DNA of 64,000 nucleotides, taken from a virus. The position numbers were made by a program, and so were the translations under genes. Positions 36,595 to 45,012 of the stretch are shown here, in pieces. The stretch covers positions 28,528 through 92,527 of the IMG/VR virus record IMGVR_UViG_3300005534_000001, one strand, 5' to 3'. The notes beneath the pieces are model-generated. The model ran no database searches. It was not told the DNA's origin and was given only the letters and a program-made list of their open reading frames with translations. The number at the start of each line of letters is the position of its first letter. Within the stretch, counting starts at the first letter, position 1.

Positions 36595-36644
36595 TCACCG
36601 AGAGCGTCTTAATGGCGCTCTCAATTTAATAGGAGAAATTACAA

Positions 36645-37142
36645 ATGGCCCGTACTACCAATTTGCCGGTTGACCACGCATGGAGCCAGATACCTAATCC
36701 ATGCAAAAACTCCCACATTTTCAAGGATGGAGAATACATCGAGTCTCCGTGGGTTCGAGAGGAATATCCGAAATACAAATACCATGCCACGCTTGCGCCA
36801 GTCTTGGTGAACAGCGAAGACGAAGAAATCATGCTGGGCGATGGATGGGAAGATTCTCCTGCAAAGCATGGCATCGTGACTGCGCCAAGCGCCGAAGAGA
36901 ACCACGCTACCAAAATCAAGCAGGCCGCAGCGGGAGCTAACTGGAAGGTTGCACTCGGCGTTGCCGCTCAAAATAACATCACCGAAGAGCACATTGAGTT
37001 CCTGCAATCTTTCGGTCGGCAGGACATCAAAACGATTGGCGATGTCTATACCTTCTTGACCCCGATGACATCGCAACAGATGAAGTCCTTCATGGATGAA
37101 TCTGGTCAGTGGATCAAGCAGCGCAAAAAGAAAGCCAATTAA
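36645..37142 (+). CDS. virion-module protein with EYPK..GW.DSP domain (paralog 2)
   Basis: AGGAG RBS; shared motif. Confidence 0.7.
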   Translation: MARTTNLPVDHAWSQIPNPCKNSHIFKDGEYIESPWVREEYPKYKYHATLAPVLVNSEDEEIMLGDGWEDSPAKHGIVTAPSAEENHATKIKQAAAGANWKVALGVAAQNNITEEHIEFLQSFGRQDIKTIGDVYTFLTPMTSQQMKSFMDESGQWIKQRKKKAN

Positions 37143-37145
37143 CGC

Positions 37146-37865
37146 ATGACCGGCAACGATCTGATAGCTTCCGCGTTGAGGCTCATTGGAGCCTTGGCAA
37201 GCGGAGAAACCGCTGGGGCATCTGAATCCGCAGATGCCCAAGTGATATTGAATCAAATGCTTGATGCATGGGGTGCAGAGCATTTGATGGTCTTCACTCT
37301 GAATCGTTTGACGTTTTCTCTGCTTTCTGGGAAGCAGACGTACACGCTTGGGGTCGGAGGAGACTTCAATACTGCTCGTCCTCCAAGGATTGATTATGTG
37401 AGCATCGTGAATCTTGCAAATCCCGCTCTGCCTCTTGAGTTGCCAATCAAGATGTACACGGATACAGAATGGCAGGGCGTTCCGGTAAAACTGACATCTG
37501 GATCTTTGCCATTCGGGGTGTACGATGACGGCGGTTTCCCGCTTCGAAGCTTGAGTTACTTCCCGATTCCCAATATCGGGGTTAATACCATCATCGGTGG
37601 GTGGGCGCAATTAACACAGTTCGCCGATTTGACGGTTGATGTCACCTTTCCACCAGGTTATGCAGAGGCAATCAAATACAACTTCTCTGTTCGCTTGGCG
37701 GCTGAATGGCCGGGAAATGTTTCGGAACTTACTTTACAGTTGGCTTCGGAAAGCAAGGCCAGGATCAAATCATCCAATATTGGCATCGTGGAATTGCGAT
37801 GCGATCCGGGATTGGATAACGGTGGTGGCCGGTATAATTGGCTCACCGACTCGGTAGGTAGATAA
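37146..37865 (+). CDS. head-tail adaptor (P22 gp4-like)
   Basis: DLIASALRLIG.LA.GE....E..DA...LNQMLDAW; PPGY.EAI.YN...RLA. Confidence 0.85.
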   Translation: MTGNDLIASALRLIGALASGETAGASESADAQVILNQMLDAWGAEHLMVFTLNRLTFSLLSGKQTYTLGVGGDFNTARPPRIDYVSIVNLANPALPLELPIKMYTDTEWQGVPVKLTSGSLPFGVYDDGGFPLRSLSYFPIPNIGVNTIIGGWAQLTQFADLTVDVTFPPGYAEAIKYNFSVRLAAEWPGNVSELTLQLASESKARIKSSNIGIVELRCDPGLDNGGGRYNWLTDSVGR

Positions 37866-39395
37866 TTGGCCCGCTTCGGATTCTGTGGACAATCTTACGC
37901 TTCGCAGTCACTGGATGCTAATGCCCAGCTGACGATGAACCTCTACCTTGAGGCAGACGAGAGCCAGCAGGGGAAAAGCTCTTTCATCCTGCTACCGACT
38001 CCAGGAACTCAAGCCTTTGCCACTCTGTCCGATGCGCCGCTTCGCAGTTGGGGGTTGCACACCATCAATGGGAGATTGTTCGCCGTTGCTGGCCGAACAT
38101 TCTTTGAAGTGTTCGCGAATGGAACCAGTGTTGCTCGCGGAAATAATCTGGCTAACGATGGTAATCCTGTTTCGATAGCGTCCAGCGCGAAACAGATTAT
38201 GATTGCCAGCAGTGGAGCAACATACGCCTTCAACCTCACAACAAATGTTTTCGCTCCTATTGATCCTGCAAACTTCATCGGACTTGTCTCAATGGTCGGC
38301 TATGCCGATGGTTTCTTTGTCGCTCTAATCAAGAATTCTCAGAGTTATCAAGTCTCAAAATTACTTGATTGCACAGTGTGGGATTTACTGAGTCAGACAA
38401 CTGTATCGGTATTTCCTGACAATATAATTGCGATGTTGATTGACCATCGGGAAATTTGGCTATTCGGCAACACGAAAACAATTCCTTACTACGATTCGGG
38501 AAATTCTGACTTTCCATTCGATGTGACTCCAGGCGGTTTCATTGAGCAGGGGATTGCGGCCCAGTTCAGCCCTGTGCGTTTGGACAATAGCATCTATTGG
38601 ATCGGTGGAGATGACAGAGGAGCAAGAATCGCATGGAAGGCAGACGGTTATCATCCTACGAGAGTGAGCAATTATGCCATTGAGACCGCATGGCAGAGTT
38701 ATTCAACCGTGGCCGATGCTGTCGGTTATGCCTATCAAGATCAAGGGCATTCGTTTTGGGTACTCAGGTTTCCGACCGCAAATAAGACATGGGTTTACGA
38801 TGTTTCGAACGGAACCTGGCATGAGCGCGGTAATTGGAATGGATCAACCTTCGATGCCCATCATAGCAATTCTCATGTCTATGCCTTCGACAAGCATCTA
38901 GTTGGAGATCCAACAAGCGGAGTAATTTACCAGATGGCCATCCCGGTATCGAATGGCCTTGGTGGCTGGAAATTCGCCACCGATTCAGCAGACAACAGCG
39001 GAAACAATGGCACGGCGATCCGCAGAGTACGCCGTTCTCCTTATGTTGGTACTGCTGGAAAATGGATGTTTTTTCAGTGCATAGAGTTTGAAATTGAAAT
39101 GGGTTTAGCCCTCGAATCCGGCCAAGGTTCAGACCCTCAAATCATGCTCAGATGGTCAAACGATGGTGCGAAAACGTGGAGTAACGAGAATTGGCTGAGT
39201 ATCGGGAAGATTGGTGATTATCTCCACAGGGCAAGAAAGTTTGGGAGACTGGGACGATGCTGGGGAACTCGCGGGAGAGTTTGGGAATTGACATTCACTG
39301 AGACCATTCCGCTTCGCATCATTGATGCCGACTTGACTGCTACCGATTTCCAGCCGCAAGAAAGACTCCAAAAGCAGATTGGCAAGGGTGCATAG
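37866..39395 (+). CDS. tail nozzle / DNA stabilization protein (P22 gp10-like)
   Basis: N.Y.E..L.PTPG, YQDQGHSFWVL.FPTA.KTWVYD, MLRWSNDGAKTW. Confidence 0.88.
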   Translation: MARFGFCGQSYASQSLDANAQLTMNLYLEADESQQGKSSFILLPTPGTQAFATLSDAPLRSWGLHTINGRLFAVAGRTFFEVFANGTSVARGNNLANDGNPVSIASSAKQIMIASSGATYAFNLTTNVFAPIDPANFIGLVSMVGYADGFFVALIKNSQSYQVSKLLDCTVWDLLSQTTVSVFPDNIIAMLIDHREIWLFGNTKTIPYYDSGNSDFPFDVTPGGFIEQGIAAQFSPVRLDNSIYWIGGDDRGARIAWKADGYHPTRVSNYAIETAWQSYSTVADAVGYAYQDQGHSFWVLRFPTANKTWVYDVSNGTWHERGNWNGSTFDAHHSNSHVYAFDKHLVGDPTSGVIYQMAIPVSNGLGGWKFATDSADNSGNNGTAIRRVRRSPYVGTAGKWMFFQCIEFEIEMGLALESGQGSDPQIMLRWSNDGAKTWSNENWLSIGKIGDYLHRARKFGRLGRCWGTRGRVWELTFTETIPLRIIDADLTATDFQPQERLQKQIGKGA

Positions 39396-39728
39396 ATGGC
39401 AAAGTTGCCAGTCCCATATCGCAGCCCCATGATAGATTCGAACGGTCTCCCTACTCGTGAATGGCTTCAGTTCTGGGCTGGAATTGGAGGGGGAACAACG
39501 AGTTTTTCTTTCCGTGATCCTGAGACCCCTACCGGAAATATTGACGGAGTAAACAATGTCTTCACTCTCGCGCAAAACCCGAATCCAGTCTCAAGCCTTT
39601 GGTGGATTTGGAACGGATTGAAGATCAAGATCGGAGTCGGCATTACGGTTAGCGGGAATAAGGTAACGTGCCTTGCAGGCTATATACCTCAAATTGGCGA
39701 TACCGTTGAGGTTTATTACAGATTCTAA
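39396..39728 (+). CDS. tail needle/adaptor (gp26-position) with a small beta adaptor domain
   Basis: G.PTREW..F needle N-terminus; ETPTG.IDGVN.VFTL..P...NGL...P..GD.V.V.Y domain. Confidence 0.7.
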   Translation: MAKLPVPYRSPMIDSNGLPTREWLQFWAGIGGGTTSFSFRDPETPTGNIDGVNNVFTLAQNPNPVSSLWWIWNGLKIKIGVGITVSGNKVTCLAGYIPQIGDTVEVYYRF

Positions 39729-42148
39729 TGAGAACTCTCTTTCTGGCTTTGATGTTGAGCATCTGCGCCAATTGCCAACAGGTCGATTGGCTGACAAATA
39801 TCAAAAACCGTCCTCCATCTCTCGTGAACCAGAAATTCGACTGGGTAACCAACCTGATCAATAAGCCAGTCAGGGATATCAGGAATTACGGAAACACGCT
39901 CACAGGAACCGGCAAACAGGCTTACTCTGGCCACATGACAAGCGGCTCAACTACTTTCACGTTGAGCGATTCAAATTTTGATACTTTCACGGCGTCCGAT
40001 GTGGGAAGAAACATTCTGATTTCAGGTTCATGCTCCGATGTTTGCCAGTTGTGGTCAAGTATTGTATCTGTGATCAGCCCTACTCAGGTCATCTTGAATG
40101 ATCCAGCACCGGGAACCTCGACGAATATTTCAGAGGTGTACTGGTGGAATCCGGCGCAAGATGACACGCTGTTCATTCAGAATGCCATCAACGACAGTAC
40201 TAATATTTCTCCAATCGTCTACCTGCCGCACGGCGTTTATGTGGTGAACAATGTCAACACTCCACTTACTTATCAGCCGGCCATGAGGGCAATGATCGGA
40301 GACGGGCGACAGAGCACCGTAATCATTCCGAACAATAGCTCTTACTCTTCCCGGACGCTGCGGTTTTTGGATGTGAATCACTTTCTTTTGAAAGGCATGA
40401 CGTTTCGTGGCCCAGGAATTAACGGGATATTTGGAGGCGGCCTGTCGTTCGACCTCAACAACATGTCGAATATTGAGAATCTTCGTCTTGAAGATATTGA
40501 GGTTCGCAACGTAGCTTCTGGTGGAATATTCATGAACACGCCGATTCTTTCCAGTCTGCATAACGTCAAAGTGGTTCTCGCCGCTGGTATTGGCTTCAAC
40601 TTCTTTGATCCTGTCTCAGTAACCTGTGAGCAATGCTATTCGATTACGAATGTCGGCGAAGGCTTCCTAGTAAACACTGGGGCCGATTGGAACTGTGACG
40701 GATGCGCGGCTGAATCGGACGGCATTGGTTATCACATCATGGGAGCCACAAACGTAAGCATCAAGGCTTCAGATGCGGAAGCGATGCTTCACAGAGCGCC
40801 ATCCGCTCCAGCCAGTTTCCCAGCGGCTGCGGTTGTGGCTGGCGGGGGTATCCCGGCAGGCAATTATCTTCTCAAGTACACATGGGTTCGGCAGTTCAAT
40901 GCGTCCGCGATAAATCTCGAATCAACCGCGAGCCCTGAATCTCTGGTACAAACAACGGCAGGCGGAAACTTGACCATACAATTTACCCTTCCGATTGCTC
41001 CGACAGACGCACCCTTGGTTACGAGTGCCAACATTTACATTACGCCGACAAACGGGGCCAGTGGAACAGAGGGATTCGAAAAGAATGTTGCGGTATCCAG
41101 CAGCGGGACAACACTGGTAAGCCTCACTTCATTTTCCGCTCCAGGTTCGGCACCCCCAACGGTGTCGCTGATCGGCCATGCTTACGTAGTAGACAACAGC
41201 ACCCACGTCCACATTGATACCGACAATTCGCGCAAAGTTCCAACCCTGGACGCTTTTCACCTCTGGGTAACGAATGCTTCCGATGATGTGCAGATAGATG
41301 CTTTTCGCGCACTGGAAGGGCCAAGTGTACCAACCACTGACATTCAGTTTGATGCAGGCGTGACCAATGTAAGATTTGCAGGAAATCTCAGCGGACTGAC
41401 ATTTTTAAACTCAGGAATCAATACGATTGTGACCGACAGAGGGACAATCAAGGCGAACATCTTTGATGCCGGAACAGGTTTGCGGATCAACTCTCTTGCG
41501 CCTTCGCGGCATGTTCCTTGCGGCAATGGGACGAATTATATTGACTGCACCCTAGCATTCACGGATCTATCTGGAGCAGCGACTCTGGCGCAAGAAGTAG
41601 CAGCCGGAGCAGTGGGCCAAGTTCAATTCAACGGTGGTACGACATTCAACGCAAGTACTCGCCTGTTCTGGGATGACACCAACAAGTTTCTGGGCGTAAC
41701 AAATACGGCTCCGATTGTTGATTTGACGGTCGGCGGAGCAGAGCCAGGTACAGCACTCGCCATGCAGCATTGCTTGGTTAACAACGCGGCTGGCGGTGGA
41801 ACATGGTGTCTCGGAAGCAGCGACAACGGAAACGCTTCAGGTGGCGGAAGATTCCTGATCAACAATGCAAATTCAACCGGTAGCCCGGCGTTAACGATTG
41901 ATTCATCCAAGAGAGTCGGCATTCTCCAGAAAACTCCTGCTTTTGCCTTGGATGTAACCGGGCAAGTGAACGCGACAACGGGGCATTGCATGAGCGCAAA
42001 TGTTTGCTGGACTTCAGGAGCCGGAGTACCAGCGGCAGGAACATGCGTTGTGGCGAAGGGCGGAAGCCTCTACAGTCGCACCGATGGAACCACTACGACA
42101 AGCCTGTATGTCTGTGACAATGCGACTGGAGTTTGGACGGCTAAGTAA
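39728..42148 (+). CDS. tailspike (pectate-lyase-like beta-helix depolymerase) with Sec signal peptide
   Basis: MRTLFLALMLSICANC|QQ; DW.TN..N.P repeats; DDT..IQ.AI..VYLPHG.Y..IGDG; 14 Cys in the mature chain. Confidence 0.8.
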   Translation: MRTLFLALMLSICANCQQVDWLTNIKNRPPSLVNQKFDWVTNLINKPVRDIRNYGNTLTGTGKQAYSGHMTSGSTTFTLSDSNFDTFTASDVGRNILISGSCSDVCQLWSSIVSVISPTQVILNDPAPGTSTNISEVYWWNPAQDDTLFIQNAINDSTNISPIVYLPHGVYVVNNVNTPLTYQPAMRAMIGDGRQSTVIIPNNSSYSSRTLRFLDVNHFLLKGMTFRGPGINGIFGGGLSFDLNNMSNIENLRLEDIEVRNVASGGIFMNTPILSSLHNVKVVLAAGIGFNFFDPVSVTCEQCYSITNVGEGFLVNTGADWNCDGCAAESDGIGYHIMGATNVSIKASDAEAMLHRAPSAPASFPAAAVVAGGGIPAGNYLLKYTWVRQFNASAINLESTASPESLVQTTAGGNLTIQFTLPIAPTDAPLVTSANIYITPTNGASGTEGFEKNVAVSSSGTTLVSLTSFSAPGSAPPTVSLIGHAYVVDNSTHVHIDTDNSRKVPTLDAFHLWVTNASDDVQIDAFRALEGPSVPTTDIQFDAGVTNVRFAGNLSGLTFLNSGINTIVTDRGTIKANIFDAGTGLRINSLAPSRHVPCGNGTNYIDCTLAFTDLSGAATLAQEVAAGAVGQVQFNGGTTFNASTRLFWDDTNKFLGVTNTAPIVDLTVGGAEPGTALAMQHCLVNNAAGGGTWCLGSSDNGNASGGGRFLINNANSTGSPALTIDSSKRVGILQKTPAFALDVTGQVNATTGHCMSANVCWTSGAGVPAAGTCVVAKGGSLYSRTDGTTTTSLYVCDNATGVWTAK

Positions 42149-42223
42149 GGCAGAACCGAGAACCGATCCTGCTCTCGATGTAGGCCCGGAGGCGTCAGCC
42201 TATTCTGCACCTGAAATCTTACC

Positions 42224-42682
42224 ATGCCACTAAGCTTCGAAAGAACCAAAAATTATAACCTCATCCGCTCAATTGTGTCTCATCCCGAAGTCTACAAACA
42301 TGTGGCCGATGACTTCAGCCCGAAACGGGAAGACTGGGTACCGATTGAAAATGATGCAGTTTTTTATCTTCTGGTCAAAGATGGCGAAGAAGTCTTAGGA
42401 GTCTTCACGCTGGTTCCCCACAATGCCATCTGCTGGGAAGTTCACACGTGCTTTTTACCGAGTGCATGGGGGCCAAGAATCAAGGATGCAGGGCGAGGCG
42501 GCCATGAATGGATTTTCGCCAATACAGAGTGCAGGAGGATCACAACCGAGGTACCAGAGTACAACCGGATTGCGCTGAGATATGCAAAGCAGAACGGGAT
42601 GGAGCAGTACGGAGTTAACCCGAAGTCATTTATGAAAACTGGAACGCTTCACGATGTGATTTTACTTGGCGTGTCGAAATGA
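42224..42682 (+). CDS. GNAT-fold virion-associated protein (P22 gp14/DUF2824-like)
   Basis: WEVHTCFLP.AWG...WIF...C.RI.T.VP.YN..A..YA...G...G; position before the ejection genes. Confidence 0.8.
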   Translation: MPLSFERTKNYNLIRSIVSHPEVYKHVADDFSPKREDWVPIENDAVFYLLVKDGEEVLGVFTLVPHNAICWEVHTCFLPSAWGPRIKDAGRGGHEWIFANTECRRITTEVPEYNRIALRYAKQNGMEQYGVNPKSFMKTGTLHDVILLGVSK

Positions 42683-42942
42683 CGGCTCCCGCGAATGAAT
42701 CCTTCAAGCCGTGCAACCGCTGGGATGGGGCGGCGACCGGGCCAGCGTAAGTGTTCATCGGGAATGCATACCTGTTCGGCGCAATCGGAATGAAACAGGT
42801 CTCCAGTGCTGATGCCGGGTAATTCTCGTGTAGCCATGCAGTCAACACCGGGCAACTCGCACAACTTACAGATGAATTGGAATGTTCGTGCGCGTTCTCG
42901 TAAATCACCAATGGCGCTTTCTTCCATGTCCACGGCTACCAT
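42649..42942 (-). CDS. antisense-cassette hypothetical protein (Cys-rich)
   Basis: ORF in a 4-gene - strand island. Confidence 0.4.
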   Translation of the reverse strand: MVAVDMEESAIGDLRERARTFQFICKLCELPGVDCMATRELPGISTGDLFHSDCAEQVCIPDEHLRWPGRRPIPAVARLEGFIRGSRHFDTPSKITS

Positions 42943-43148
42943 CCACGCACTTTATTGCGAATAGATTTGGATCTTTCGACAATGCGCAAATCGAAGCACT
43001 GGACGCTATGTGGATCTGATTCGAACTCGACAACGATCAAATCAAGAACATCATAAAGTTCTGCTGCGTCATTTCTAGAAATCCGGCGCATCACCAGTTG
43101 ATAAGGTTCTTGCAATACGTCGTCTTCCTCAAAGTCAAATATGCTCAT
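42936..43148 (-). CDS. antisense-cassette hypothetical protein (EF.SDP.SVQCFDLRIV family)
   Basis: ATG overlapping upstream TGA. Confidence 0.6.
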   Translation of the reverse strand: MSIFDFEEDDVLQEPYQLVMRRISRNDAAELYDVLDLIVVEFESDPHSVQCFDLRIVERSKSIRNKVRGW

Positions 43149-43345
43149 CGCGCGCTCCAGTGGTATTCGTAGGGGATCACAGACTGGCCAGAATCGAGAT
43201 AGACGCATGTTTCACGCTGTTCTCCGCAACTGCAAATCTGAGTGAGCACATGAGTGTGACACGTAAACGGAGATTGCTCGATGACAGCAGCCCCATAGTG
43301 GAAACCCAGAATTCGATGAAGCCATCGCAGGATTATTTTTGGCAT
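43145..43345 (-). CDS. antisense-cassette hypothetical protein
   Basis: GAGG RBS; H/C motifs. Confidence 0.5.
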   Translation of the reverse strand: MPKIILRWLHRILGFHYGAAVIEQSPFTCHTHVLTQICSCGEQRETCVYLDSGQSVIPYEYHWSAR

Positions 43346-43351
43346 CGGTAT

Positions 43352-43537
43352 TCAATCCTCATATCGCGGCAGACTGCATGGTAAAGGCAGCAAGCAAGTG
43401 TGCGCATAACATTTATCCGAGTTAAGACGTAAGCATGATTTGAATTCACAATCTGGCACGGAGCAATTAGGCCAATCCAGAAGATCATCATCTAATTCAA
43501 TGAACTTGATGGCCAACGGCAATATTCCATACGCCAT
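43352..43537 (-). CDS. antisense-cassette Cys/His protein, probably leaderless
   Basis: TGG-TACGAT extended -10 lies 7 nt upstream of the ATG. Confidence 0.5.
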   Translation of the reverse strand: MAYGILPLAIKFIELDDDLLDWPNCSVPDCEFKSCLRLNSDKCYAHTCLLPLPCSLPRYED

Positions 43538-43572
43538 GCCCCAAATCGTACCACAGTCAGGAGTAAATTAAA

Positions 43573-45012
43573 ATGCCCGTAGCGGCTCTCGCACTAGGCG
43601 GTGTCGGCTCCATTGTCGGTGGCATCTTTGGCGCAAATTCTGCCAATAAAGCGGCCAATGCCCAAGTACAGGCCGCAAATCATGCAGCCGATCTTCAGCA
43701 CCAAGATGCGCAAGCCGCTCTTGATTTTCAGCGGCAGATATTCGGTACGCAGCAACAGAATATTGCTCCGTGGCTTCAGGCTGGCAGAGGTGCGCTGGGC
43801 AATCTGTCTTATCTTTTGGGCATCGGCGACAGAAGCCAATCGCCATTCGGTAGAGACTGGAATTTCCCTTCAGCCAATAACGTAAACTTTCCGAATGCGG
43901 CCAATCCTAACGTTCCCACTGGGCAATCTTCAATAAGCGCACTATCGCCAAATGGTGTGCCTTCCGGCGTCATGCCGACAGTCTCAAACATGCAACCGAC
44001 AGCAGCGGGCGGTGACATTCCCAATCCTGCCAGCATGTCGGCAATCCCTAATCCTGCGTCCATTCAAAATCCCGCAAGTACGAACGCTGCAGCACCAGGA
44101 CAGATGCCGCCGAATGCTGCTGAGCCTATTCCTGCCGGCGCTGTGCCAACGGGTGCTCCTATATCAAACATGAGTGCTCTTTCTGGACAGACCGGGAATG
44201 CACCAGCCTTTGGTGGTGGCCCTACTACTCAGGGAGCTTCAGGCGTAGCAACCGGAGATCAGAAAGGGCCGCCCACTGGTGGAGGTCTGATTGGAGGTGG
44301 ACCGGGACTGACTGGCGATCCGACATTTACAGGTGGCGGCCAAAATAAAGATGGTGGCCCAACTGTTGATCCGGGTACAGGAGCAACGGCAACGGGTACT
44401 CCGGGAACACCTCAGCCAGATTCCGGCAATCCTAATGATCCATTCAGCGGCCTGAATTTCGGCTCTCTGCTCGCTGGTTACGGAAAGCAATTCGTTGCTC
44501 CAACAAACGTCACAGAGCAAAATGATCCAGGCTTTCAATTCAGACTGCAAGAAGGGCAGAAAGCGCTTGAGAACTCAGCAGCAGCGCGTGGCGGTGTACT
44601 TGGTGGAGGTACCGCTAAAGCACTTCAGAGGTACGGACAGGATTACGGCTCAAACGAGTACGGAAATGTATACAACCGCTCTCTGACCGAATATCAACAA
44701 GGGTACAATCAATTCCAGCAGCAGCAAGCGAACGTATTTAATCGGCTCTCTGCTCTTTCTGGAGGTGGTCAAGTAGCAGCGGGAGAATTGAATTCGGCGG
44801 CGGGAAGTACCGCTAACAATGTGGGCAATATCTTGATGACTTCAGGAAATCAGATCGGGCAAAACTTGAACAATGCAGGAGCCGCGAGAGCGTCAGGATA
44901 TGTTGGTGCTGGGAATGCTTATTCCAATGCCTTCAGCAATCTTGGAGGGTTGGCCAGTATTTACGCTCTAATGAACCAGAATCAATCATCTAGCGGTGGA
45001 GGTAACGTCTAA
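43573..45012 (+). CDS. DNA ejection/pilot protein (P22 gp7-like) with a low-complexity insertion
   Basis: G/A-rich N-terminus; DPGFQFR..EG..A...SAAARGG..GG...KAL..YGQ..GS.EY; AGAARASGYVG. Confidence 0.85.
   Translation: MPVAALALGGVGSIVGGIFGANSANKAANAQVQAANHAADLQHQDAQAALDFQRQIFGTQQQNIAPWLQAGRGALGNLSYLLGIGDRSQSPFGRDWNFPSANNVNFPNAANPNVPTGQSSISALSPNGVPSGVMPTVSNMQPTAAGGDIPNPASMSAIPNPASIQNPASTNAAAPGQMPPNAAEPIPAGAVPTGAPISNMSALSGQTGNAPAFGGGPTTQGASGVATGDQKGPPTGGGLIGGGPGLTGDPTFTGGGQNKDGGPTVDPGTGATATGTPGTPQPDSGNPNDPFSGLNFGSLLAGYGKQFVAPTNVTEQNDPGFQFRLQEGQKALENSAAARGGVLGGGTAKALQRYGQDYGSNEYGNVYNRSLTEYQQGYNQFQQQQANVFNRLSALSGGGQVAAGELNSAAGSTANNVGNILMTSGNQIGQNLNNAGAARASGYVGAGNAYSNAFSNLGGLASIYALMNQNQSSSGGGNV

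Noticed and set aside
28421-39800. Lipoprotein (SPII) interpretation of the Cys-containing signal peptides of 28421 and 39728
   Set aside because: Residues before the Cys (LSF-C, LSI-C, CAN-C) do not fit the [LVI][ASTVI][GAS]C lipobox; SPI cleavage before Gln matches the other exported genes. SignalP should still confirm.
43860-44450. P/G/N-rich stretch in the gp7-like gene as a collagen or separate domain
   Set aside because: No sustained Gly-X-Y periodicity; treated as a disordered insertion.
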